Part shown: positions 1-8,864 of the stretch, one piece after another
Layout: every line of letters starts with the position of its first letter
How positions within the stretch are numbered: position 1 is the first letter of the stretch
Source of the DNA: a virus
Lineage: Duplodnaviria > Caudoviricetes
Reading direction: 5' to 3' (one strand)
IMG/VR virus record: IMGVR_UViG_3300037478_000397
Coordinates: 1 to 52,957 of that record
Length of the DNA stretch: 52,957 nucleotides
The notes under the pieces: generated by a model
Told to the model about the DNA's origin: nothing
The model's input: only the letters and a program-made list of their open reading frames with translations
The model's database searches: none
Program-made: the position numbers and the translations under genes

Positions 1-139
1 CTACACCAGAAATCATCGACGATCGGAACCGCTGGATATATCAAGCCTTGGTAATGAAAAGGGCGTTTGATTTTCATGGGCAGGAAGCTACCAGCATTCC
101 AGTTTTATCCTGGTGATTGGCTGAAGTACGCTGCGCTAC
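1..139. repeat. Terminal direct repeat, left copy (circular-assembly overlap)
   Basis: 1-139 equals 52819-52957 except T127 vs G52945; the repeat spans the HNH/replication-gene junction, so the genome closes as a circle. Confidence 0.95.
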
Positions 140-966
140 GAAGCGTGTCCCATGCCGCCAAGGGGGTCTATATCGACATGATTTGCCTGATGTTTGAGTG
201 TGAGGATCGTGGTGTTTTGGCGACTGGCGGCAGTCCGTGGAGTGATGAAAGAATCGCTGCGGCTGTCGGTGGCGACCAACATGCCACGTTAGCTTGCATC
301 GCGGAGTTACTTGCGATGGGGGTGGTTAGCCGAAATTCCTTTGGCGCCATCTTCTCCCGCCGGATGGTTCGTGATGAACAGTTCAGGCAAGATGCAACGG
401 AAAGGAAACGTAGGGAACGCATTAGGTCGAGAGACTCACCCCCCAACGGAACAAGTCACGCGCGAAGTCACGCGAATGTCACGCGCCTTCTTCCTTCTTC
501 ATCTTCAACTTCGGTCTCCCCCTCTAGTCCCCCTGGGACTTTGGGATCCGCTGGAATTCCAGCGGACCAACGGGGGGAGGAGGAGGTTTCGTTTGAAACT
601 TTGGTTTCCAAGCTGCGCAGCCTTGGCGTAAACGATGCTCAATCAGCCGTCGATGGTGCGCGAAGCCGTGGTGTTACCGAATCGGAGATTGCGCGGCTCA
701 TCGAGGTTTGGCGAGGACATCCTAACGCTTGGAGCGCCGGGGCTTTGCACTATCGCATCGTCCATGCCAGACCCCGCGAGGATGCCGGCAAAGGCTGGCC
801 GGTGCCAAATAAGGCGGCTGACGATTCAGCCAAGAAACGGCAGGCGAGCGAGGAAAGCCGGCGTGCAACACGGCGGTATGAAATTATTCGCGACGGCCGA
901 AGCCAGAAGAAAACCGATGACGCGATTACCGCGGAACTGGCAGCGGAAGGCTTGACCTGGGAATGA
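76..966 (+). CDS. Replication initiator, YdaU/DUF1376-like N-terminal domain
   Basis: N-terminal PAFQFYPGDWL..S..AKGVYIDMICLMF..RG motif and SRRMVRDE; lies after the recombination module; ATG at 76 chosen. Confidence 0.8.
   Translation: MGRKLPAFQFYPGDWLKYAALRSVSHAAKGVYIDMICLMFECEDRGVLATGGSPWSDERIAAAVGGDQHATLACIAELLAMGVVSRNSFGAIFSRRMVRDEQFRQDATERKRRERIRSRDSPPNGTSHARSHANVTRLLPSSSSTSVSPSSPPGTLGSAGIPADQRGEEEVSFETLVSKLRSLGVNDAQSAVDGARSRGVTESEIARLIEVWRGHPNAWSAGALHYRIVHARPREDAGKGWPVPNKAADDSAKKRQASEESRRATRRYEIIRDGRSQKKTDDAITAELAAEGLTWE
455..510. other. Putative replication origin: iteron-like repeats inside the initiator gene
   Basis: GTCACGCG at 455, 467 and 478, followed by a pyrimidine tract; lambdoid origins lie inside the initiator gene. 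Confidence 0.45.
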
Positions 967-975
967 GAGCAAACC

Positions 976-1461
976 ATGAAGCGCACCCCCATCGTCCGCA
1001 AGACAGCGCACCTACGCCGCAAGAGTGCCGCCAAGCGTCGCCGCAACGCCGAGAAACGCAAACGCAATCGCGAGGCGGAAGACGAGCTACGCGCCCGCCA
1101 GGATGAATTCCTCGTCGAGTTCCCGCACTGCGCCTACCCCGGCTGCCGCCGCGAGGCGAGTGAGGTCCACGAAATTTGCTGGGGCAACGGCATACGGCGT
1201 CTGGCGAAATTGGAGCGTTGCACGTGGCTGCCGTCGTGTTGCATCCACAACCGTAGCGGGCAGGGGTTTCACAGTTCGGCGTGTCCGCGGACGGTTCAGT
1301 TCGCAATCAAACTGCGGCTAGACGCTTGCCACTACGATCGCGAGCGGTGCAACGCAATCCAGGGCACGGCGGCTGACTCGATTAGCGAGGCGGACGTAAC
1401 GGCGTATTGGGTGAAGCTATCGGTTGATCGGTGGGGCGCGGTGACGTGGAGGGCGCGATGA
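976..1461 (+). CDS. Basic Zn-binding HNH/NinG-like protein
   Basis: MKRTPI basic N-terminus, CAYPGC..EVHE..CCIHN Cys/His pattern. Confidence 0.5.
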   Translation: MKRTPIVRKTAHLRRKSAAKRRRNAEKRKRNREAEDELRARQDEFLVEFPHCAYPGCRREASEVHEICWGNGIRRLAKLERCTWLPSCCIHNRSGQGFHSSACPRTVQFAIKLRLDACHYDRERCNAIQGTAADSISEADVTAYWVKLSVDRWGAVTWRAR

Positions 1462-1928
1462 AAGAGGTATCTATTGCTAGTTCGTATTTTTGGCTACGAG
1501 AGTTAGGAGCCGTGCGACCGATGGCGCCGGACGCTTCGATTGTGCTTGTGCTTGGCGAGTGGCACGACGGCTATTACCCGATTCAGTGGGAGCGTGCCAA
1601 AGTGAGGGACGCAAGCGGATTCCATGTCGACTGGGAAGAGCACTGGTATCTCTTCGGCATACAGACAGCAGAGCCGCTGACGCGAGAGCACGTTGAACGG
1701 GTGTTGGGCATGTTTGAGGACGAAATCGTGACCCGAACAATTAGCGAACATGAAATGGATCGTCGCCGCCTGCTCGCTCGAGCGCACGCCGCGGTCATCG
1801 TGGCGATGGAACGAATCACGCGAGAAACGGACGGTCTGACCGCGCTGGAGTGGTGTCAAGTGCTGGGCGATTGCCAGCAGCGAATTTGCAACCACGGGCT
1901 GCGCGACGAATGGAGCGAAACGAAGTGA
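1458..1928 (+). CDS. Hypothetical protein
   Basis: ATGA overlap with the upstream gene, GGAGG RBS. Confidence 0.6.
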   Translation: MKEVSIASSYFWLRELGAVRPMAPDASIVLVLGEWHDGYYPIQWERAKVRDASGFHVDWEEHWYLFGIQTAEPLTREHVERVLGMFEDEIVTRTISEHEMDRRRLLARAHAAVIVAMERITRETDGLTALEWCQVLGDCQQRICNHGLRDEWSETK

Positions 1929-2122
1929 AAGATCAAATCACAACGCCGCGATTACACCTTTGCGATTTCTGCGGGCACGCTGGAAGCGGCATTGGAGCAC
2001 GCCACCCAGTTGCACCAAGATCGCAATTATGATTTCTCCACCGTTGGAATATGGGACGAACGGAGCGAGTACGTGTATCTGTTTTTCGACGGGCAGCAAT
2101 TTCGACCGGCGTAGGAGGAAAC

Positions 2123-2737
2123 ATGAACGAGCAATGCCCGGAGTGTGGCGCAAAACGCGAAGATGATTGCTTTGGTAATCTCGCGTTCGCCTGTGGTTCA
2201 CCCGGTATAGCCTATCTCGACCATGGGCGTCCCGTCTTTGTTTTGATTTGTCAGTCGGCGGCGTGTAAGGCAGCGGCAAGCCGTCATGGCGAAGGCGGCG
2301 GTACTCAGGAGGAAAGAAACATGAGCACTGACCATGCCGCGTTGGCGGCGAACCGTTACCCAGCCCTTGCCGCCCTGTGCGACGAACATCAAGTGGTCGA
2401 TTCAGTGGCGCACGTGCGAGCCGAAGCGTATGTGGCGATTGGGGAGATAGGAGCCCTACAGCAGCAACTTGCCGATGCGGCAACCGCGGTCTACATGCCG
2501 CCTGGCTATCAGGGCACGCTCGCCGAGTACCTTGCGGCGGAAGTGTGGCCGACACCTCGAACGGAAGACGTTGAAACGATTCAGCGGCTAGGACGATGCC
2601 TTCGGCGCATGTTGGACCCGGAAGACTTGGGTTATGCCGTGTCGGCATGGGTGCGGGATGCGGTTCGCGAGGCACTTGGAAAGCGTCGATGCGAGACCAT
2701 ACACCAACAACAATCGGAGGCTACCGATGGCAATTAA
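2123..2737 (+). CDS. Hypothetical protein with N-terminal Zn ribbon (possible second start at 2321)
   Basis: GGAGG RBS, CPECG motif; internal GGAGG before MSTDH. Confidence 0.5.
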   Translation: MNEQCPECGAKREDDCFGNLAFACGSPGIAYLDHGRPVFVLICQSAACKAAASRHGEGGGTQEERNMSTDHAALAANRYPALAALCDEHQVVDSVAHVRAEAYVAIGEIGALQQQLADAATAVYMPPGYQGTLAEYLAAEVWPTPRTEDVETIQRLGRCLRRMLDPEDLGYAVSAWVRDAVREALGKRRCETIHQQQSEATDGN

Positions 2738-3086
2738 CTGGCCGGTGGAAGTGGAACTGCCGGATGAGATTGGCGCGGGTCGAGATTTTTACGCTGAGGG
2801 CGAGCCATGCTGTTCGCGGGGGCATGCGAAGCGTGCGTTTCGCGCTATTGTTCCGAATGAATGGTACACAGCCTTTCGCCGGTGCGCGGCTGCCTTGCGC
2901 GAAGACCCGCGAGTTATGACGACCGTTATTACCTACAACGACCATCGCCTTACCCCCGCGCAACGTCGCATCGTTTACGCCGCGGCCTGGGCAATGTGCG
3001 GTTACGTCGTTGGTCCGGGCCGCGCGGCGCTGGCGCTGGCGAGGAAGGCTGAGGAGCAGTTCGGGAAGGTGGAGGTGGGAGCATGA
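2727..3086 (+). CDS. Hypothetical protein
   Basis: GGAGG RBS, overlapping operon packing. Confidence 0.6.
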   Translation: MAINWPVEVELPDEIGAGRDFYAEGEPCCSRGHAKRAFRAIVPNEWYTAFRRCAAALREDPRVMTTVITYNDHRLTPAQRRIVYAAAWAMCGYVVGPGRAALALARKAEEQFGKVEVGA

Positions 3087-3280
3087 GCCGTTCCGAACCC
3101 GACCGCAAGAAGTATCACATGGCCGATGGCTTCAACGACCGCGGCGGCGTGTCGGCGCTTTGCTTTGGAAGTCCGCGAGCCATCAATCTGAAGGTGGCGT
3201 CGTGGACGATTCGGCCGGAAGCGGTAACGTGCAAGAAGTGCCTGCAGATTATGAAGTGGTTGAAGACTATGCCGAAGTAA
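3083..3280 (+). CDS. Small Zn-finger protein
   Basis: H...LC...VTCKKC motif; ATGA overlap. Confidence 0.6.
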   Translation: MSRSEPDRKKYHMADGFNDRGGVSALCFGSPRAINLKVASWTIRPEAVTCKKCLQIMKWLKTMPK

Positions 3281-3627
3281 CAAGCGGAGTAAACCCCATG
3301 GCTACCGTCACAATAACCTTGACCGATGACGCGGACACGCTGCACGTTGTGATTGAATCCGAGCCTCCATTCCCTGGACCAGCTAGCGATGATGAAAGCC
3401 TTACTGCTGCGCAAGGATGGGGATTGGAGTTGATAGAACATCTAAATAAAGAGCTAAAGCCATGAGCGCTGGCAATGTGGTTCCTTGGTGAGCTACTGCC
3501 ACATTGCAGTTACTCGTCGCGCGAAGCGGCAGAGGCCGACCTCGCGAAGTTGAAAGAGTGCGTTACCGAATTGGAGCTTGATAACCCATGACCCCAACAC
3601 CCGGCAAGCCGGGGGAAGCGAGAGCAA

Positions 3628-3954
3628 ATGAAACTTGACCGCAACAGCAACAGCGACGGGCGCGGGAAGTACGCGTTCTTCAACCTACGCACCAATCAGG
3701 TGGAGTGGGGTGATACGCCAGAGGAATTCTTTGTCATCAAATTGAAAGACGAATTCGCGTTTGAAGCTTTGTCAGCATACGCCGATGCAGTAAAGCGCAA
3801 GGCTGCTTACTATCGGATAAAAGCACGGATTGCGGAAGCCCCAAAGGCGGATGATTACTTAGCTGAAGCAGTCAAGTGGGATGAATACGAGTCGAAAATC
3901 CGTTCTTTGGCGACGCAGGCGTACAACCATCCGTTAAAGAAATTGCCAGACTAA
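3628..3954 (+). CDS. Conserved phage hypothetical protein
   Basis: GRGKY...EFFVIKLKDEFA..AL.AYA motif typical of small phage proteins. Confidence 0.7.
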   Translation: MKLDRNSNSDGRGKYAFFNLRTNQVEWGDTPEEFFVIKLKDEFAFEALSAYADAVKRKAAYYRIKARIAEAPKADDYLAEAVKWDEYESKIRSLATQAYNHPLKKLPD

Positions 3955-3965
3955 GAACTAAGCCC

Positions 3966-4457
3966 ATGACCCCAACACCCCCACCGCTATCCCAGCGCGA
4001 CCCGCGCGCCGCCTACGCCGCGTTCCTCCGCGGCGACACCGGCGCCCGACGCTCATCGTCGCCGGTCATCGCAGCCGGCGGCGGGCGCATCGAGTTATGC
4101 CTGTCGTTGCCGCCATACGCCGCAAGTAAAAACTACCGCAGTTGGCAAGGTAAGGCGGCGGCGACGCGACGATTGCGCGAAGAGGCGTGTCAAGCCGCGC
4201 TCGTCGCGCGGGTGCAAGGCGATATCTTTGAGCCGTGGTGGGGCGCGGAAGTGCGGCTGCGGTTCTTCACGGCGACGCGGCGTAAACGCGACCCATCAAA
4301 TTTACTGGACGCGACGAAGGGCTTCATCGACGGTATCACCGACTCTGGACTATGGAAGGACGATGGGCACGTGCTGACGGCCGTAGTTGACGACGTGGGA
4401 TATGACGCGGAACGACCGCGGACGGAAGTGGAGTTGTTGGAGCGGGTGAATGTATGA
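3966..4457 (+). CDS. rusA: RusA-family Holliday junction resolvase
   Basis: RRKRDPSNLLDATKGFIDGI...WKDD...PRTEV catalytic motifs. Confidence 0.8.
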   Translation: MTPTPPPLSQRDPRAAYAAFLRGDTGARRSSSPVIAAGGGRIELCLSLPPYAASKNYRSWQGKAAATRRLREEACQAALVARVQGDIFEPWWGAEVRLRFFTATRRKRDPSNLLDATKGFIDGITDSGLWKDDGHVLTAVVDDVGYDAERPRTEVELLERVNV

Positions 4458-4530
4458 TCCATAGCCAGCTAACGCCCGTGGAGGCGTTGCGGCGTGAGCG
4501 CGGAAACGAACTAAACCGAAAGGCAGGAAA

Positions 4531-5268
4531 ATGAGCAGAATCTATTTTCACTCGGAAGACGGAGAGGCAGAAGTTCGCGGCGCAGAGCGAGCCTTTATGG
4601 GTTGTACGGCGTCCAGGATCGCATGGTCGTTTCTCGGACCTTACGCGGAGGAATACGCAAGCCATGAAAGCGTGCTGCGAAAGGTTCTGACGGGGGGCTA
4701 TGTTCTTGATGAGCGATATCGGGGCGCGGATTTTCGGCGCACGCTAGAAACTGCGTTGGCTGTTGGCAACGAGACTAACTTCATAGTCGACGGTCAGAGT
4801 GCGTCGGCGTTTGGGGTATCGCTGAATACGGCGTTGCGACTTGGCGGCGACCCCCTAAGACTCTTCGCCAGGCTTCACGGCCAATGCGAGATTCACGCTT
4901 GGGTCGCTGGGCCTAACAGGGAGTGGCTGGCAGACATTATCGACGCGGGGCGCGCGTCCGGGCTGTATCGCTCCGATATGGGTTGGGAGTCAGTTAGCGG
5001 GCTACTCCAAAAGACAGCGGCCGGTCCCGTCGTGACAAGTTATTCCGTCTGCGAGCAATTCCCGAACGAGGGCGTTGCCGGCTGGGATGGCGACGAAGAC
5101 AGCTGGTACGACTTGGATTTTGACAAGCAATGGGCGATGGCGTTTGAGAAGCTGCGGGCCAGCGATAAGGGCTTAGAGTTGACCCCTGATTGCTGGGCAG
5201 ATTACTACTTCGGGAGTGGTCTCGACGTGTTCAAGGCAATTGAGGCGGCCGTGAGCGGCGGGGCGTGA
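4531..5268 (+). CDS. Hypothetical protein (moron-like)
   Basis: 245-aa ORF with AGGA RBS, bracketed by a duplicated rusA 3' end. Confidence 0.75.
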   Translation: MSRIYFHSEDGEAEVRGAERAFMGCTASRIAWSFLGPYAEEYASHESVLRKVLTGGYVLDERYRGADFRRTLETALAVGNETNFIVDGQSASAFGVSLNTALRLGGDPLRLFARLHGQCEIHAWVAGPNREWLADIIDAGRASGLYRSDMGWESVSGLLQKTAAGPVVTSYSVCEQFPNEGVAGWDGDEDSWYDLDFDKQWAMAFEKLRASDKGLELTPDCWADYYFGSGLDVFKAIEAAVSGGA

Positions 5269-5330
5269 TTGTGGAGAAACCGAAACGATGAGCCGCGCAG
5301 CGTGGTGGAGTTGTTGGAAAGGGTGAAAGT

Positions 5331-5588
5331 ATGAAGGCTTGCTACGCACAAAAGGCGTTGGCGATCATTAGCACAATTGAACGTGCCACTGATTCCAGGG
5401 ACATAACAACAATCATACAAGCTTGCCAGCGTGCGAGGCACTTAGTCGCTCAGGTTGCCGACGAATTCGATGGGTTCGGCGAACGGGGTGACAAGGCCAT
5501 GAACACATTGGATGTCATGTTTCGCCGGATTCAAGATGATCCCGACCCGTATGGCTTGCATGGATTGGAAGTCGAGGTGAAAAAATGA
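5331..5588 (+). CDS. Hypothetical protein
   Basis: Operon packing. Confidence 0.5.
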   Translation: MKACYAQKALAIISTIERATDSRDITTIIQACQRARHLVAQVADEFDGFGERGDKAMNTLDVMFRRIQDDPDPYGLHGLEVEVKK

Positions 5589-5875
5589 GCGAGCAAGAGC
5601 GATGCCCGAAGTGCGGTGCGGAAGTTTCCTACATCTCATCGCGTTATAGATGCCGTGACTTTGATTGCGAATCAACATGGACTGACGGCTACGACATAGA
5701 GCAATCGGATATTTGCCGCATCCGCGAACTTCAACAACGCCTTACCGCCGCCGTCGACGCACTGCGCGAACTATATAACTTCTGTGGTGCCCCATCGAAG
5801 CACCGCGAGCAAAAGAGGTGGGGTGCCCCGGCGATTGTGAAGGCGGCGGAAATACTCAGGAGGGAAGAAATGTGA
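5585..5875 (+). CDS. Zn-ribbon hypothetical protein
   Basis: CPKCG; GAGG RBS; ATGA overlap. Confidence 0.6.
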   Translation: MSEQERCPKCGAEVSYISSRYRCRDFDCESTWTDGYDIEQSDICRIRELQQRLTAAVDALRELYNFCGAPSKHREQKRWGAPAIVKAAEILRREEM

Positions 5876-6576
5876 GCAACAGCCGCGCAATCATTCCCGG
5901 TACAGTGACGATCCGTTCATTGCGCGATTACTTGATTTCCGACCTGGCTGATTCGGCCGCGAAACACGAAAGGACCATGACCATGACCATGCCGACTGAC
6001 CCTGCTGCGATGGCGGACGTTGCTCGTTTACGCAACCAGTTAGCCGCGAAGCGAGAAAAGGAAATTGACCGCCTGACGCAAGAGCGCGCCGCATTCGCCG
6101 CCGAGCTAATCGGTGCGCTGCGACTCGACCGTGAGGCGATGGACAAGAGCGAGACGCCGATCGGGAACCAGATCGTGGATGCCGTCGCTCGCCTCACCGA
6201 AGAATTAGATTCGAGCGACGGGTGCCTGAACATGATCGCCGAGCGGCTCGAAGCGTTGGGCTGCCAGCACGAAGGCTCATCGCACGAAAGCACCCCGCCG
6301 ATGATGTACGACGATTGGATTCGATGCTGCGTCGCGAAGCGGGAAAAGGAAATTGCCCGCCTTACCGCCCAGGTAGAAGCGGGAAAGCTATGCCACGATT
6401 GGCTAGCCGAACTTCGCAAGGCGCATCCTGATTATGTAATTGCACCCGTCAAAGCTGGTGGCGTGCCGGATAACTGCAAGTTCGAGTCAACACTGATTCT
6501 CAATGCTGGTGATCTTCGCCGTCTTAGCGACGCCCTTGCCGCTTGGGACGCAGCGAACTTGCCAGCAAACTCTTGA
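5872..6576 (+). CDS. Coiled-coil hypothetical protein (Ead/Ea22-like style)
   Basis: GTGA overlap; AKREKEIxRLT occurs twice. Confidence 0.55.
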   Translation: MSNSRAIIPGTVTIRSLRDYLISDLADSAAKHERTMTMTMPTDPAAMADVARLRNQLAAKREKEIDRLTQERAAFAAELIGALRLDREAMDKSETPIGNQIVDAVARLTEELDSSDGCLNMIAERLEALGCQHEGSSHESTPPMMYDDWIRCCVAKREKEIARLTAQVEAGKLCHDWLAELRKAHPDYVIAPVKAGGVPDNCKFESTLILNAGDLRRLSDALAAWDAANLPANS

Positions 6577-6989
6577 CTAATGGGGGGATTCCCCATAAAA
6601 CATTAGCCATCAGTAAGGGACTCTGATGGCCGAAAAACACCGCAGCAAAACCTTGGACTTGCTCCCTGGCTTGTACACGGCCATCGGCAACGACGGCTGC
6701 CGGATTCGTTTCCGCGTGTTTCGCGCCGGCAACCGCAAAAAAATCTCGGTGTACGGCACGCTGCGATTCAAGCCGCCCGCGTCAAAACAACCCTTGACGA
6801 AACGCCGTAACCAATCGGAAAGTCGTTGACGCGGGCCGGGGAAAAGCGGCGCAGACTTATCGCGTCTGCCGCGTGCGGCTTTGTGCTTGCGTATTGGGTC
6901 GGATCGCGGTAGTCTGAAGACAGACCCCGACCGCGTGCGTCCGTACATTCTGGCGCAATCCTGATTGACCAATCAAAAGGTTAGGGTTA

Positions 6990-7030
6990 GGGCTATGGGC
7001 GTGTGACGACGCCTGTAGCCTGCTTTTTAC
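6990..7030 (+). terminator. Rho-independent terminator
   Basis: GGCTATGGGCGT/ACGCCTGTAGCC stem followed by TGCTTTTT. Confidence 0.55.
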
Positions 7031-7056
7031 TCATCTTTTATTTCAACATAAAACCC

Positions 7057-7086
7057 TTGACGAAACGCCGTAAAACGTAGTAAAGT
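7057..7086 (+). promoter_or_regulatory. Putative promoter of the late region
   Basis: TTGACG-N18-TAAAGT downstream of an AT-rich tract; the -35 region is duplicated at 6789-6810. Confidence 0.4.
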
Positions 7087-7217
7087 ATCACCGGCGGCAT
7101 CCTTCAGGCCACTACCTGCGCCGTGCGAAATCGCATGGCAGCGACCGCCCAGCTTCGGGCTGGGCACATTTTCCTCGCGTTCTGGCCGCCCAGCGGGGAG
7201 ATTGGGTCGCTGTCGCC

Positions 7218-7817
7218 ATGCCCTTCGCTGCCCCGCCGCAAGTCGAATTTGCCTACCACGCGGACGGTCGGCAAAAGTTCAAAGGCTGGCGGCGCGTCTA
7301 TCGGCTGACCCGTGATTTCACCTGGCATGACCCGCGGCAATACGTGCGGAGTATCACGATTCCAGCCGGGACGGAATCGGACCTTGCGACGATCCCCGTC
7401 TGGCCGATAGCGATAGGCGGCGCGATTCTGCTTGCCGCCGCCCAGGCGTCGGTGACTCAGGCGTTCGGCGACGCCGTTGCCGTGCCCGTTACGTTTTTCC
7501 TGGGCCTGCTCATTGCGTTCTTGGTTGGATATCTGAGGCATGATGGGCCGTGGGCGCCGGCCTCATTGATCCACGATTTTCTTTACACGACTCAGCTTGC
7601 AACCCGCGCGCAAGCCGACTTGGCGATGTATGAAATTTCACGCGAGACGGGCGTGGGCTGGCCGGTCGGGAACGTGATCTGGCGAACGCTTCGCATGTTT
7701 GGCTGGATCAATTACGGGACCACGAAGCCGAGCACAACGGAGGTAGCGGCGGAAGTCGAAAGGAAAAGCGAGTCGATGCCGCCGGATGAACCGCCAGCGG
7801 AGGATGAAACCGAATGA
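7218..7817 (+). CDS. DUF1353-family protein with inserted transmembrane segments
   Basis: IPAGTESDLATIP...ASLIHDFLY...RAQAD..M...GV motifs. Confidence 0.8.
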   Translation: MPFAAPPQVEFAYHADGRQKFKGWRRVYRLTRDFTWHDPRQYVRSITIPAGTESDLATIPVWPIAIGGAILLAAAQASVTQAFGDAVAVPVTFFLGLLIAFLVGYLRHDGPWAPASLIHDFLYTTQLATRAQADLAMYEISRETGVGWPVGNVIWRTLRMFGWINYGTTKPSTTEVAAEVERKSESMPPDEPPAEDETE

Positions 7818-8014
7818 AAGACCCGATACTGAGATCGGTAATCGGAGAAGTAGGTCTAGCGCTGGCCTTACTGGTGCTTATTGGTGCGGCAGTATTCTCG
7901 CTGGGGGCTGGAATTTCCTATGAGCTTTACGGCCGCCGACAGCCGGCGTGCCCATGCGGCAACGATTGCCAGTGTGGCGATGACTGCTGCTGCAAAGGGG
8001 AGTATTCCAAATGA
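7814..8014 (+). CDS. Small membrane protein with Cys-rich tail
   Basis: TM helix plus CPCGNDCQCGDDCCC. Confidence 0.65.
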   Translation: MKDPILRSVIGEVGLALALLVLIGAAVFSLGAGISYELYGRRQPACPCGNDCQCGDDCCCKGEYSK

Positions 8015-8412
8015 AACACACGCGTACCATATCCGTCGAACTGCTGTTCCTGATTGCCCTTAGCCTAATCATTTTCGGCGCGGCACAACTCACGTGGGGA
8101 CAAGAGCCGCCGTCGCGAACCGTCGCGGTCATCACGTTCACCGACCCGTCGTTTTGCTGGCCGTGTCGGCGTTTGGAATGGTCATGGTCGCACCCGCGCG
8201 TGCAAGCGGAGTTGACCCGGCTGCGCATCGAGCACCGCACGTACATTGCGTCGGACGTCGGGTACAACGTGCTGCGGCAGTGGGGAGTGCGCGGAGTGCC
8301 GGCGACGTTATTGGTCGAATTCGAGGGCGAGAGAGCGACGAAAATTCTTGACCGGCGAGAGGGGTACATGTCGGCTGATATGCTGATTCACTTTGTGCGG
8401 GGGACGCCATGA
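8011..8412 (+). CDS. Exported thioredoxin-like protein
   Basis: Signal/TM segment, CWPC, GVRGVPAT cis-Pro loop, REGYM. Confidence 0.8.
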   Translation: MKHTRTISVELLFLIALSLIIFGAAQLTWGQEPPSRTVAVITFTDPSFCWPCRRLEWSWSHPRVQAELTRLRIEHRTYIASDVGYNVLRQWGVRGVPATLLVEFEGERATKILDRREGYMSADMLIHFVRGTP

Positions 8413-8864
8413 AAACGATGAAGGAAAAAACAAACCGCGACATTATTTTTCTTCTCGCCGCGTTGATTTTTTGTGGGCTCGTCCTGAGTTGGGTGGCATA
8501 CGGTCAACGGCTTAACGAGTGCCAAGCGCAGCAGCGGGGGCCGTGCATGCCGGGCTGGGTGCCGCCGCCCCCGCCGCCGTCACCCAACGCCGCGCCCCCA
8601 CTTACTATCGGCGACACCGTGTCAGTTCGCGGCAAGCCCGAATGTCAAGGCGTGATCGTCGATGGCGGTTACGACGCTACGGCGGCCAGAGGTTTCCAGA
8701 CGTTTCGTTTCGACGTGCTGGTAGGTGACGGGCCGTTTCAGGTGTTGCGGTTTCGATACGACGTCCTCGTTCGCGTTGGCAAGTTGACGCCGGAGGAAAA
8801 CGAAGAGGCGGTGAAGGGGTTGTACGAAGCGTTTGGGGTCGAGAAACGCGAGGCAAAGCCATGA
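8409..8864 (+). CDS. Membrane-anchored Pro-rich protein
   Basis: N-terminal TM, poly-Pro, SH3/KOW-like IGDTVSV. Confidence 0.6.
   Translation: MKTMKEKTNRDIIFLLAALIFCGLVLSWVAYGQRLNECQAQQRGPCMPGWVPPPPPPSPNAAPPLTIGDTVSVRGKPECQGVIVDGGYDATAARGFQTFRFDVLVGDGPFQVLRFRYDVLVRVGKLTPEENEEAVKGLYEAFGVEKREAKP

Noticed and set aside
6979-6999. Telomere-like GGTTAGGGTTAGGG / G-quadruplex
   Set aside because: Only two units and overlaps a terminator stem; probably chance
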